From: an uncultured bacterium | Lineage (GTDB): Bacteria; Patescibacteriota; Minisyncoccia; Moranbacterales; UBA1568 | DNA: 47,995 bases | Assembly (NCBI GenBank): GCA_937864125.1 | Contig: CALMHZ010000084.1 | Location: 1 to 47,995, forward strand | Direction: 5' to 3' | Shown: positions 26,669-36,260 of the stretch, in pieces | Layout of the letters: each line of letters opens with the position of its first letter | How positions within the stretch are numbered: the stretch's first letter is position 1 | Program-made: the position numbers and the translations under genes | Notes under the pieces: model-generated | Database searches by the model: none | Seen by the model: only the letters and a program-made list of their open reading frames with translations | Told to the model about the DNA's origin: nothing

Positions 26669-27460
26669 TCAGGAAAACACTCCTTTTTCCCGTTCGCGGG
26701 CAAGTAGCACGCCGGAGAAAGCCGCGATGGCGGTCATTTGCGCTAATGCGAAGAGGACGAGAGCGGATATTTCCAGAGTGCCATAAGGGCTCCGCATCAT
26801 ACGGCTGGCAAGGGAATCTCCTGACGAAGAATTGAAGACAGGAAACTTCATAAGGAAGCCGCCTGCGACCGAGAGAGGCCCTGATGGGGTTCCATCGGAA
26901 GAGGCTCCCAGAACGCTTGACTGAATCTTCTGGCACAAAGCTTGCGCGATTTTTTTGCCCGAAGGGTCAAAACTGCCCTGCTCGGATAAGGCGGTGCCGA
27001 ACATCTCTACGGCGACGATCGTTTCCCGTCCACCAAAAAAAATTTTTCGTACGGCTATTCCCGATTCCTGAAAGCGCGGATCAAGAATATTTTGACAATG
27101 TTTCTCACTCTGCATCCACGCCTTATGTTCAGCCCGCGGATCCATGAAGGAGATGGCGAGGTTTTCCCCCGCCACGCTATATGAGTACCCTGCTTGTTCT
27201 ATAAAATGCCATGGTGTGAGATTCCGCGGTGAAGTATGGGCGAAATATTTTTCCCGCTCCATATCGGACAGCTTCTCACTCGCCGCGCGCGACAAGGTTG
27301 CGCTTGCTTTCAACGCGGGTATCCCATATGCCTGTCGCTCTTCATTCACCAAGGATAACGCTTCCTCTGCCCAGGGAGATTGGTTCCCTGATGCGTGCGC
27401 GACAAATACGCTCGAAAAAACCATGCTTGATATGATACCGGAAAAAAATATATATTTCAT
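26669..27460 (-). CDS. secreted CAP/SCP (PR-1-like) domain protein with C-terminal TM anchor
   Basis: Start reset to M24, giving MKYIFFSGIISSMVFSSVFVAHASG as a signal peptide. CAP-like segments EERQAYGIPALKASATLSRAA...YFAHTSP...GENLA. C-terminal hydrophobic helix ISALVLFALAQMTAIAAFSGVLLA. Confidence 0.7.
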   Translation of the reverse strand: MKYIFFSGIISSMVFSSVFVAHASGNQSPWAEEALSLVNEERQAYGIPALKASATLSRAASEKLSDMEREKYFAHTSPRNLTPWHFIEQAGYSYSVAGENLAISFMDPRAEHKAWMQSEKHCQNILDPRFQESGIAVRKIFFGGRETIVAVEMFGTALSEQGSFDPSGKKIAQALCQKIQSSVLGASSDGTPSGPLSVAGGFLMKFPVFNSSSGDSLASRMMRSPYGTLEISALVLFALAQMTAIAAFSGVLLAREREKGVFS

Positions 27461-27472
27461 AATCCGCTTTTC

Positions 27473-27517
27473 AAAAAAAGAAACGGGGATTTCCAGCAAA
27501 GGAATCACCCGTTTCTT
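27473..27517 (-). terminator. strong hairpin plus U7 lying between a promoter and the CAP-gene start
   Basis: Minus strand: AAGAAACGGG...CCCGTTTCTT (10 bp, with a further imperfect inner stem) followed by TTTTTTT. It ends 12 nt before the ATG at 27460. Confidence 0.5.
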
Positions 27518-27531
27518 ATCTTTATACATCC

Positions 27532-27560
27532 ATTATAGCACGATTTTCCCCTCTTGTAAA
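27532..27560 (-). promoter_or_regulatory. near-consensus sigma70 promoter
   Basis: Minus strand: TTTACA (27560-27555), 17-nt spacer, TGc-TATAAT (27537-27532). Confidence 0.55.
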
Positions 27561-27599
27561 GCAGGGTTTTCCGCTTCTGCCTACTGTCCCGAGAGAACC

Positions 27600-28514
27600 C
27601 TATGCCTTACGGATGTAATTGTAAGCCGACAGCGCTGCGACCACTCCTTGCCCAGAAGAAATATTATTTTGCCGATATGGCATATCGGTGATATCTCCGG
27701 CCGCGAATATCCCCGGCTTGCTCGTGGCGAAGGTTCGGGCATCAACTCTGATCTCTCCTGCCGGAGTGATATCGAGGAAACCCTTAAAGGCGTCGGAGTT
27801 CGGCACCATGCCGATTTCAATGAACACGCCATCGAGCACCAATTCTTTCTCCGTATTTGACTGAAGGTCCTTGTATCGAAGCCCCACGAGTTTTTCCTCT
27901 CCGAGAATCTCTTCGGTCTCGGCGAAATAGATCACCTCGACTTTCTCTGACTGGAGCACTTTGCTTTTCGTCACCTCATCGCCCTTGAGAGCGCCGGAAT
28001 GCGTCAGAAGGAAAATCTTATCCGCGTAAGAGAGCAGGTCCTCGACGGCCTCGAGACCGGAATTCCCACCGCCGACTACGGCTACGGTTTTCTTGCGAAA
28101 AAAAGGCGCATCGCATGTCGAACAATATACCACGCCTTTCCCCGTGAATTTTTCTTCCCCCGGAACATCCAGATGCCGGTGTCGCCCGCCAAGTGCCACG
28201 ATAATCGTTTTTGTCTCATAGGCGCCCGTATCCGTTGTGACGCGGTAGCCACCCTTCATTTCTTCCACGCCCGTCACGCGTTCCGTGCGGATTTCTATGC
28301 CTTCTTGGGCGCGAAGATGTTTTTCGAATTTCTGCGCGACTTCCCAGCCCGAAATACTGACTTCTCCGATCCAGTTTTCGACTCCGGCCGAAACGGACGA
28401 CTGTCCCCCGAAAGTCTCGGAAATTACCAGTGTCTTCAATTGCTTTCTAGCCGCGTATATCCCGGCCGACACTCCGGCGGGACCGCCGCCAAGCACGATA
28501 ACATCATAGTCCAT
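27600..28514 (-). CDS. trxB: thioredoxin-disulfide reductase
   Basis: Start reset to M57 (MDYDVIVLGGGPAGVSAG). Redox motif CSTCD and NADPH motif VVGGGNSGLE are present. The longer ORF would overlap murD. Confidence 0.85.
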   Translation of the reverse strand: MDYDVIVLGGGPAGVSAGIYAARKQLKTLVISETFGGQSSVSAGVENWIGEVSISGWEVAQKFEKHLRAQEGIEIRTERVTGVEEMKGGYRVTTDTGAYETKTIIVALGGRHRHLDVPGEEKFTGKGVVYCSTCDAPFFRKKTVAVVGGGNSGLEAVEDLLSYADKIFLLTHSGALKGDEVTKSKVLQSEKVEVIYFAETEEILGEEKLVGLRYKDLQSNTEKELVLDGVFIEIGMVPNSDAFKGFLDITPAGEIRVDARTFATSKPGIFAAGDITDMPYRQNNISSGQGVVAALSAYNYIRKA

Positions 28515-28533
28515 ACTCTTTGCGCATAAAAAT

Positions 28534-29925
28534 TTACAAAAGTGATACCGCCTTGCGGAACTGCTCCCCGCGATCGAACTCATTCTTGAACAATCCGAAG
28601 CTTGCGGCTCCGGGAGAAAGGAGGACGATATCCCCTTCCGCCGCCGCCGCGCGAGCGAGTCCCACTGCTTCTTCCATGCCACCCGCTTCTTCGAGATGAA
28701 AAGGCAATGCGGCCCCCGCGTTGCGACTACGGATTTCTCTTAACAGCGATTCCGTAGCGCTTCCCGGAAGCAATATGACCGCCTTTGCCCGATCAAGCAT
28801 TTCTTGGGCCAAATTCCCAAATACAAGCCGCTTATCGCTACCGCCCGCGATAAGAACCAGCGGCCGATCAAAAGAGCGGAGCGCCGCGATAGTCCCTTCC
28901 GGACTTGTCGCAGCCGTATCATTATAGAATATAACGCCATCCTTTTCGAGTACCGGCTCCAGCCGATGCGGTATGCCGGAAAAAGTCTTGAGCGCGCTTG
29001 ATATTTTCGCCGTAGGAATACCAAAGGTGAACGCGACGAGAGCCGCGGCAAGCGCGTTCATGGCATTGTGCATGCCAGGAATGCGAATATCATCCCGTTC
29101 GAACAGCACGGTTTCTTCCCCATCTCGACAAGCGATCGCCGTTCCTTCACGGAAAAACGCGCCGTCTCCGTCTATCGGCTCCGAAGAAAAACGGAGCGTT
29201 TCTCCAGGCGAAGGATGGAGGGTGACCGTGTCAAGCGATTGATTGGCGATAAGTATCCCCGATTTTTTCTGGAACTCATAGATATATCGCTTATCCCTCT
29301 CGTAGGCGGAAAGGTTCCGATAATAGTTGAGATGGTCGGGATAGAGATTCGTGAATACCGCGACAGGCGGACTTTGGCGTATCCTCCCTAGTGCGGAAAG
29401 CCGCCAGCTTGAAAGTTCGAAGACGACGACATCTCCCGGCTTGATCTTGGAGAGCAGGCCGAGTACCGGCGTCTGACTGATCCCTACCCGCACTACCGGA
29501 ATCCCCGATTTCTCCAGGATGTGAGCGATCATGCTTGCGGTAGTCGTCTTACCCCTGGTCCCCGTCACGCCGATGATCTTGTTTTTGCAGAAAGAAAAAA
29601 AGAGGCTCGAATCCATTTCCACGGGAACCTTGTTGGCAAGAGCAAGCTTGATGTACTCGTTCGTCCAAGGGATACCGGGATTTTTGATGACAAGATCGGT
29701 ATGGATAAAATCTTCCGATCGGTGCTGACCGAGAATATAGGTGATGTTTTTATAGCGTTCAAGTTTTTTAAGGGAGCTTTCGAGTTCGGTCTTTTTCTTC
29801 ACATCCGTGACGATGATCGATTTTACGCCGGATTGCTCCAAAAACTCGATGGTGCCGACGCCTCCCTCATTTACGCCAAGACCAAAAACAGTCACTCTTT
29901 TCCCCTTCAAGTGTTCTTGTTTCAT
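28534..29925 (-). CDS. murD: UDP-N-acetylmuramoyl-L-alanine--D-glutamate ligase
   Basis: N-terminal Rossmann motif VFGLGVNEGG and Mur ligase P-loop GVTGTRGKTTTASM. Confidence 0.9.
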   Translation of the reverse strand: MKQEHLKGKRVTVFGLGVNEGGVGTIEFLEQSGVKSIIVTDVKKKTELESSLKKLERYKNITYILGQHRSEDFIHTDLVIKNPGIPWTNEYIKLALANKVPVEMDSSLFFSFCKNKIIGVTGTRGKTTTASMIAHILEKSGIPVVRVGISQTPVLGLLSKIKPGDVVVFELSSWRLSALGRIRQSPPVAVFTNLYPDHLNYYRNLSAYERDKRYIYEFQKKSGILIANQSLDTVTLHPSPGETLRFSSEPIDGDGAFFREGTAIACRDGEETVLFERDDIRIPGMHNAMNALAAALVAFTFGIPTAKISSALKTFSGIPHRLEPVLEKDGVIFYNDTAATSPEGTIAALRSFDRPLVLIAGGSDKRLVFGNLAQEMLDRAKAVILLPGSATESLLREIRSRNAGAALPFHLEEAGGMEEAVGLARAAAAEGDIVLLSPGAASFGLFKNEFDRGEQFRKAVSLL

Positions 29926-29934
29926 AGTATAAGA

Positions 29935-31527
29935 CTACCACAGCCGGAATTTCGACTTTTTTCGTATCACTTGTCCTTTGCGAGATCCATTCCAGCTTCC
30001 TCCCTCGACGGCAACGGTTCCATTGACAACGACAAACTCTATGCCTTCGGGATATTCATAGGGATTATCCATGGTCGATCGAGGAGCGACGGTTTCCGGA
30101 TCAAAAATCACCATATCAGCCTTATACTGTTCACGCAAGAGCCCCCGATCTCGGATAAAAAATTTCGCGGCAGGCTTACCGGTCATCTTATGTATCGCCT
30201 CTTCCCAGGAAATAGCTTGACGGAGACGGACATACTCGGCGAATACCTTGGGAAATGTTCCGAAGCTTCTCGGATGAACCAAATCGCCCGTCGCCATATG
30301 CTCCTTGTCGTAACCGACCCCGTTCGAACTGATGATGGAAAAAGGATGCTGCACCGCCTTCATGACATTTTCCGGGCTCGAAACTTCGAGAGAGACGATG
30401 CTTCTTCCCGCGCTTGCGAGCAAGACATCGATTACGGTATCTTCCGGCGATTGCCCCTGCGCTTTCGCGATAGTCCCTATGGTGGTCCGCGTCATCACCT
30501 TGTTGAGTGTCGATGCCGAAAGCGTCATCTGCGAAAAATCGTATCCGCTCGATTTCATATCCCTTATCACCGCCTGTCTCGTCTTGAAATCGCGCAGACG
30601 ATAAAGCATCGCTTGGCGTCCGCTTTCGGTCACCCATTCCGGAAGAAACGTATAAAGCACCGAACCGCTTGCGGTATACGGATACACATCGAAACTGATA
30701 TCCAGTCCATTGAGACTCGCCGTTTTTATCGAAGCTAAAGCCTCTTCGAACAAGTGCCAGTTTTTTTCGCCAACGGCCTTAAGATGGGAGATATGGAGCG
30801 GAATACCGGCCTCCTGAGCCGTCGTGATAGCCTCTTCTACGGCTTGCAAGAGATACTCTCCCTCATCACGCATGTAGGTCGCATAGACGCCATTATTTTT
30901 TCCGACCAACGAGAGGAGGGCGACAAGCTCTTCTTTTTCCGCCGATCGAGCGTGCGTATATTTTAATCCCGTGGAAAAGCCGATCGCCCCCTGGGAAAGA
31001 GCGTCTTTCAAAAGTTTTTCCATGGCATCGAGGTCGCCTGGCGCGAGCTGTTTCGTCGGAGCTTTCATCACGCCGCGTCGAAGCGTCCCGTGCCCGACGA
31101 GCGTGGCAAAATTAAGAGCCAATTGCTTCATCTCCACCTCCTTGAGAAACTCCGCCATGGTCAGCCAGTTGAAGTTGATCTTTTCGACATCGGTCCATTT
31201 CTGGATTGATCGGATCACGCTCGGATCGGTGAGCGGAGCGAGAGAGGCTCCCGAATTCCCTCCGATTATGGTGGTCACTCCCTGCATCAGCATGCCCTGA
31301 AGCCCGGGACTGCGGAACATCGCCCAATAGGTGTCCGAGTGGTTGTTGACATCGATGAATCCCGGAGTGACATAGAGACCGTCGGCATTGATGGTCCGCT
31401 CGGCCGTCTCGCTTTTAAGGTCGCCTATGGCCACAATTTTCTCTTCTTTCACGGCAATATCCGCCCGATGCATGGGAGTGCCCGAACCATCTATCACGGT
31501 GCCGTTTCTGATAAGAAGATCATACAT
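29935..31527 (-). CDS. N-acyl-D-amino-acid deacylase (D-aminoacylase)-family amidohydrolase, catalytic residues apparently substituted
   Basis: Colinear with the D-aminoacylase pattern: NGTVIDGSG...GFID..H.D...GVTT..GGN.G.SLAP...GVYAT.MRDEG...ISH.K...FGTFP. It reads NNH, GNSG, TYMR and SSNG where I recall HTH, GNCG, THMR and GSDG. Confidence 0.7.
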   Translation of the reverse strand: MYDLLIRNGTVIDGSGTPMHRADIAVKEEKIVAIGDLKSETAERTINADGLYVTPGFIDVNNHSDTYWAMFRSPGLQGMLMQGVTTIIGGNSGASLAPLTDPSVIRSIQKWTDVEKINFNWLTMAEFLKEVEMKQLALNFATLVGHGTLRRGVMKAPTKQLAPGDLDAMEKLLKDALSQGAIGFSTGLKYTHARSAEKEELVALLSLVGKNNGVYATYMRDEGEYLLQAVEEAITTAQEAGIPLHISHLKAVGEKNWHLFEEALASIKTASLNGLDISFDVYPYTASGSVLYTFLPEWVTESGRQAMLYRLRDFKTRQAVIRDMKSSGYDFSQMTLSASTLNKVMTRTTIGTIAKAQGQSPEDTVIDVLLASAGRSIVSLEVSSPENVMKAVQHPFSIISSNGVGYDKEHMATGDLVHPRSFGTFPKVFAEYVRLRQAISWEEAIHKMTGKPAAKFFIRDRGLLREQYKADMVIFDPETVAPRSTMDNPYEYPEGIEFVVVNGTVAVEGGSWNGSRKGQVIRKKSKFRLW

Positions 31528-31588
31528 AAGGATGCATCATTCGCCCTTTGGCGTAAATTATATCACTCATACGACACAAGAGGTGTTC

Positions 31589-32581
31589 CTATACGGTCTT
31601 CGCGAGTTCCACAAGACGATTGGAGTACCCCCATTCATTATCATACCATGCCATTATTTTTACGAGATCGCCATCCACCACCTTCGTCAAGGAAAGATCG
31701 ACGATGCTCGAATAGGGATTGCCGATGAAGTCAGAGGAAACAAGCGGATCGCGGGTGGTCGAAAGCGCACGAGAATACTTCGAATCCCGGGCGGCCTGTT
31801 CAAGGATGGCGTTCACCTCTTCCACCGTCACTTTTTTCTTCAAAAGGAAGGTGAAGTCGGTCAATGAAACGACCACTGTGGGGACTCGGATGGCAAGTCC
31901 ATCGAATTTGCCTTTTAGACTCGAAATGATTTTGGTTACGGAAATCGCCGCGCCGGTCGTCGTCGGAACGATATTGGCGGCGGCAGCTCGTGCCCGGCGC
32001 AGGTCCTTGTGGGGTCCGTCTTGGAGACTCTGGTCTGCCGTATAGGAATGTATCGTCGTCATCATGGCTTTTTGGATACCAAAATGCTCCTCCATAAGTC
32101 TCGCTACGGGCGCAATACAGTTGGTAGTACAAGACGCGTTGGAAATGATAGGCTCCGCGGCATAGGACTCATCATTGACGCCGATAAGATAGGTGGGAAT
32201 CGATCCGTCGTCTTTCGGAGGGGCCGACAGAATGACTTTTTTCGCGCCGGCGGTGATATGCTGCCCCGCCGAATCCCCGTCAACGAACCGGCCCGTGCAC
32301 TCGAGCACGACATCGACTCCGAGCTCCCTCCAGGGAAGTTTTTTCGGGTCGGGTTCCGCGTATACGGGAAATTTCTTCCCATTGATAACAAGCGCACCCT
32401 GATCCGACGAGACTTCGCCACGATACCTTCCGTACGCGGTATCATATTTGAGCAGATGCGCAAGCGTCGGCGCATCCGTCAGATCATTGATCGCCACAAC
32501 TTCGATATCATCGTGCTGCAATGCTATTTTAAATGCCGCCCGGCCGATTCTTCCAAACCCATTGATCGCTATTTTTTTCAT
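31589..32581 (-). CDS. gap: glyceraldehyde-3-phosphate dehydrogenase
   Basis: INGFGRIGR and the active-site motif SNASCTTNC. Confidence 0.92.
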   Translation of the reverse strand: MKKIAINGFGRIGRAAFKIALQHDDIEVVAINDLTDAPTLAHLLKYDTAYGRYRGEVSSDQGALVINGKKFPVYAEPDPKKLPWRELGVDVVLECTGRFVDGDSAGQHITAGAKKVILSAPPKDDGSIPTYLIGVNDESYAAEPIISNASCTTNCIAPVARLMEEHFGIQKAMMTTIHSYTADQSLQDGPHKDLRRARAAAANIVPTTTGAAISVTKIISSLKGKFDGLAIRVPTVVVSLTDFTFLLKKKVTVEEVNAILEQAARDSKYSRALSTTRDPLVSSDFIGNPYSSIVDLSLTKVVDGDLVKIMAWYDNEWGYSNRLVELAKTV

Positions 32582-32614
32582 ACTGTTTGTATATATGTAT
32601 TTTCACGAACCTCC

Positions 32615-33469
32615 CTACGCTCTCCCCGCGCTTCCGAACAATTCCATTTTTTTCATGACGGTCTCTTGTACCGCGAGCATGCCGCTTCCCAAAACTTTTC
32701 GTATTTCGGTTTCTTCTCCGGATGCCAGCATTCCCGACAAAGCGCCGATGAACGACAAGCGGATAGCCGTATCCACATTGAAACACGATATCCCGAGACT
32801 GCGGACTTTTTCTGCGCGGCCGTCTTCCCAATCGGAAGCCCCGTGAAGCACGAGAGGAAGGGAGAGACGGGAAGCTATTTCAGACAAACGGGCATAGTCC
32901 GGCTCATCGCGTTCTTTGGTGAATCCATGCGCGTTGCCGATCGCGATAGCAAGCGTATCGATGCCGGTCTCCTCGACGAACCGCACTGCCTGATCGGGAT
33001 CGGTCATATAATCCTCCCAGTCGATATTCCCTGATACTTCCGATAAATAGGGAACATTGCCGATTTCCGCCTGAACGGATACTCCCTTCGCGTGCGCGAG
33101 CAGGGCGACCTGTTTGGTCACCCGCAGATTGTCGGCATACGCATGACGCGAACCATCATACATGACGGACGGAAATCCCATATCGATCGCGCGCTCCACG
33201 ACTTCCAGGCTCTTTCCATGATCGAGGTGGATCGAAATCGGAATATCCGAAAAATAAAAATCCGCCATGTTTTTGACCAGATTAAATATCGCCCGGCCGC
33301 CCGCATACTCAAAAGTCTTTTCCGTCATCTGCACGATGACCGGCGATCGGGTTTCTTTCGCGGCATTCAAAATCGCCCGCGTGGTCTCGAGGTTTACCGT
33401 GTTGAAAGCGCCGACTATATATCCGTTTTTTTTCGCCTCTTTCAAAAGCGTATCGGTCGTCACTATCAT
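32615..33469 (-). CDS. fba: class II fructose-bisphosphate aldolase
   Basis: IHLDHG, plus LVLHGASD in the C-terminal half. Confidence 0.85.
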   Translation of the reverse strand: MIVTTDTLLKEAKKNGYIVGAFNTVNLETTRAILNAAKETRSPVIVQMTEKTFEYAGGRAIFNLVKNMADFYFSDIPISIHLDHGKSLEVVERAIDMGFPSVMYDGSRHAYADNLRVTKQVALLAHAKGVSVQAEIGNVPYLSEVSGNIDWEDYMTDPDQAVRFVEETGIDTLAIAIGNAHGFTKERDEPDYARLSEIASRLSLPLVLHGASDWEDGRAEKVRSLGISCFNVDTAIRLSFIGALSGMLASGEETEIRKVLGSGMLAVQETVMKKMELFGSAGRA

Positions 33470-33497
33470 ACTTTGGATGCATATGAGTTATATGTCT

Positions 33498-34295
33498 TCA
33501 CCGGCCTACGGCCTCGCGCTCCGTCGCCTCATAATTTTCGATGATTTCGGCTATCTTGGCAACTTCGTACGGGAAGAGGCTCTCTCTTCCGATGAGGACG
33601 CCATCCATCTGAGCATCGAAACACACCTGTTTGAGGACATTCGCCTTGACCGATCCCCCGTACAAGATGGAAATACGCTCTGCGACGGGCGCTCCGCATA
33701 CCGAAGCGATCATCCTATAGATGATGACTTTGGCTTCCAAAATATCCTCCGAAGCAGGGACCTGGTCGCTCCCGATCGCCCATCTCGGCTCATAGGCGAT
33801 GATCATTTTTTCCGCATGCAAAGAAGATATCCCTTCGAAAGCCCCTTTGAGCTGCGCCTCCAGAACCGACGAGGTCTCGCCCCGCCTCCGCTCCTCCGCC
33901 GTCTCTCCGATGCACAGGATCGGACGAAGATTCCATTTAAGCAGGGCTTGTACTTTTTTTGCTATTTCTTCATTCGTTTCATGACCGTACTGCCTGCGTT
34001 CGCTGTGACCGACGATAACATATTCCACTCCGATATCCTTGAGCATAAGCGGAGAAATCTCACCCGTGTAGGAGCCTTCTTTTTCCCAAAACACATCCTG
34101 CGCTCCAAGCGATACCGCTTCCGGCAATGCCTTTTGGAATCGCTCGAGATACAAGAAAGGGGGCACGATGACGGTAGTCGTGATCGACTGTTTCCTGCCT
34201 TTCATCTCCCTGCGAAAAACGGAGAGGTACTGATCCGCCTCTTCGACAGAAAGGACATTCATTTTCAAATTCCCGATCAGATACCGCTGTTTCAT
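33498..34295 (-). CDS. tpiA: triosephosphate isomerase
   Basis: GNLKMN, VIVGHSERR, IAYEPRWAIGS. Confidence 0.9.
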   Translation of the reverse strand: MKQRYLIGNLKMNVLSVEEADQYLSVFRREMKGRKQSITTTVIVPPFLYLERFQKALPEAVSLGAQDVFWEKEGSYTGEISPLMLKDIGVEYVIVGHSERRQYGHETNEEIAKKVQALLKWNLRPILCIGETAEERRRGETSSVLEAQLKGAFEGISSLHAEKMIIAYEPRWAIGSDQVPASEDILEAKVIIYRMIASVCGAPVAERISILYGGSVKANVLKQVCFDAQMDGVLIGRESLFPYEVAKIAEIIENYEATEREAVGR

Positions 34296-34307
34296 GATAG
34301 GCGCTCT

Positions 34308-35336
34308 TTATACGAGTTGATCCCTCAAATACTGTGCCGCGACTTCGGGTTCGATCGTTGATATCTCTATTCCGGTCGAGAGTTCAAACCCCGCCCACGG
34401 TGTCGGCGGCTTCGGAAGGATCTCGAAATGCCACCGATAGTGCGGATATTCCTTTCCGTCGCAAGGCGCGGTATGAAGGTAGAAATTATACGCCGGATTC
34501 GCCAGCCCTTTCCACAGGGAATAAAGCGCCTTCTGCATGGCTTCCGCCAGCGCGAGCTTTTCGTCATCGGTAATGCGTTCGAAGTAGGGACTGGAGGATT
34601 TCGGAAGCACGCAAAGCTCGAACGCCGCACGGGAAGCAAAGGGACAAAATACTATGAAGTGCTCATTTTCAAAGACGAGGCGGTCTCTCTCGGTCGTTTC
34701 AAATTCCGCGATCGTAGCGTAAACATCGTGCTTATTGTTCCTATGGTAGAGCTCGGATCCGCGCAGCTCAAGCTCGAGATAGGGGGAAACGACGGGAATC
34801 GCCATAAGCTGAGAGTGGGGATGCGCGATAGACGCGCCAGCCTCCCGACCATGGTTATGCATGATCTGAATATAATTCACGCTCTTTTTATTCATGAGAG
34901 ACAGGTAGCGCTCATGATACGCGTCCATGACTTCCGCGACCTGCCAAAGATCAAGGAGCGCGAGCGACTTCTCGCTGTCTTTGGTGATGATGACTTCATG
35001 ATATCCTACCCCGCTCATTGCGAAGTACGGACCTTCCGAAAGGTCTTTGGGCGCTCTTCCTCTTGTAAACGCGGGAAACTTATTCGGTATGACAGCCAGA
35101 CTCCAATCACCATCCTCCTTCTTGTAAAGAAGCACCGGCTCCTCCTGCCCCGAAAAATCCTGGAACGGGTCGGCGACATCAGGGTCGTCCTCTGCCCGGC
35201 GATCCGACACGAAATCGACGGGACGCTTTGCCCGGCCAGTCGCAATAACCACCCAATCTCCCGTAACGATATCCTGTCTGAGCTCTGACTCGGCAGGAGT
35301 GGTCGTTTTTTTGGTTTTTTCAATTTCTATTTTCAC
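34308..35336 (-). CDS. galT: galactose-1-phosphate uridylyltransferase (HIT superfamily)
   Basis: HxHxQ active site (SIAHPHSQLMA) and the duplicated HIT-like half-domain layout. Confidence 0.8.
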   Translation of the reverse strand: MKIEIEKTKKTTTPAESELRQDIVTGDWVVIATGRAKRPVDFVSDRRAEDDPDVADPFQDFSGQEEPVLLYKKEDGDWSLAVIPNKFPAFTRGRAPKDLSEGPYFAMSGVGYHEVIITKDSEKSLALLDLWQVAEVMDAYHERYLSLMNKKSVNYIQIMHNHGREAGASIAHPHSQLMAIPVVSPYLELELRGSELYHRNNKHDVYATIAEFETTERDRLVFENEHFIVFCPFASRAAFELCVLPKSSSPYFERITDDEKLALAEAMQKALYSLWKGLANPAYNFYLHTAPCDGKEYPHYRWHFEILPKPPTPWAGFELSTGIEISTIEPEVAAQYLRDQLV

Positions 35337-35366
35337 ACGCTCGAGTTTATTTTTTTCTTTGGCTGC

Positions 35367-36134
35367 CTATTTTTCCTTCTGCGCCTCCTTGATCCCGTAT
35401 GCCCCTGTCCAGAACCTCACTCTCGTATGCCATAAATCGATAAGCACCTGCGTAAAGCCGTTTTTTCCGGTGAGCCCGACCGTCGATCCCTCCTCGTTCA
35501 TCCACCGGACCGGCAATTGTTTGACTTTAAGCCCCAGCCGCTCGGCGAGCGCGATGAGCTCGAAATCGAATCCGAAACGATCCACCACCATCCGACTGGC
35601 TATCATCTCGGCAGCTTCACCCGTAAGCGCCTTAAATCCGCACTGCGTATCCGGATATCTCCACAACCCAAGCACGATGCGGATCAGCCAATTGCCCATA
35701 TCGCCCATCACCTCGCGGTACTTCGGCTGATGCACCTGGATATACGAATCAGGAAGGTCGCGCGAGCCGATCACCACATCGAATCCGTTTTGAAACTCCT
35801 TCTCAAAAGCATCCCAGTGATGAATCGACGTCGAGCCGTCGGCATCGAGAAAAATCCGATACTTCCCTTTCGCTTCAAGCAATCCTTGCCGGACTACCGC
35901 TCCCTTCCCGCGGTTCTCGGCATTTTCTATGACCCGCAGGTGCGGAATCTGCAATCCGTAATTCCTCGTTATCTCGGCCGTGTTATCCGATGAGCCGTCA
36001 ACCACCACCAGAATCTCATAGGAGAAAGCGCGCTCTTTCACATATTTGTCTATTTCCAACAGATTTCGTCCGATGCGCTCCCCTTCTTTGTACGCAGGAA
36101 TGACAATCGAAAGGTATGGATTCTTTTCTTCCAT
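35367..36134 (-). CDS. GT2 polyprenyl-phosphate glycosyltransferase (Dpm1/GtrB-like)
   Basis: LSIVIPAYKEGERI, VVDGSSDNT, FLDADGS. Confidence 0.8.
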   Translation of the reverse strand: MEEKNPYLSIVIPAYKEGERIGRNLLEIDKYVKERAFSYEILVVVDGSSDNTAEITRNYGLQIPHLRVIENAENRGKGAVVRQGLLEAKGKYRIFLDADGSTSIHHWDAFEKEFQNGFDVVIGSRDLPDSYIQVHQPKYREVMGDMGNWLIRIVLGLWRYPDTQCGFKALTGEAAEMIASRMVVDRFGFDFELIALAERLGLKVKQLPVRWMNEEGSTVGLTGKNGFTQVLIDLWHTRVRFWTGAYGIKEAQKEK

Positions 36135-36199
36135 AAGATAAGCCAGGGTAAATAATCTCCTTTTATTTTACTATAGAACCATAGAATCGCAAAACGAAC

Positions 36200-36223
36200 A
36201 GACCGCCCCTTCCCAAGCGGTCT
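36200..36223 (-). terminator. stem-loop after parB
   Basis: Minus strand: AGACCGC-(10-nt loop)-GCGGTCT followed by GTTCGTTTTGCG. Confidence 0.45.
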
Positions 36224-36260
36224 TGCCACCCTTTGATTTTCAGGAGTTCCGAGACTGGAA

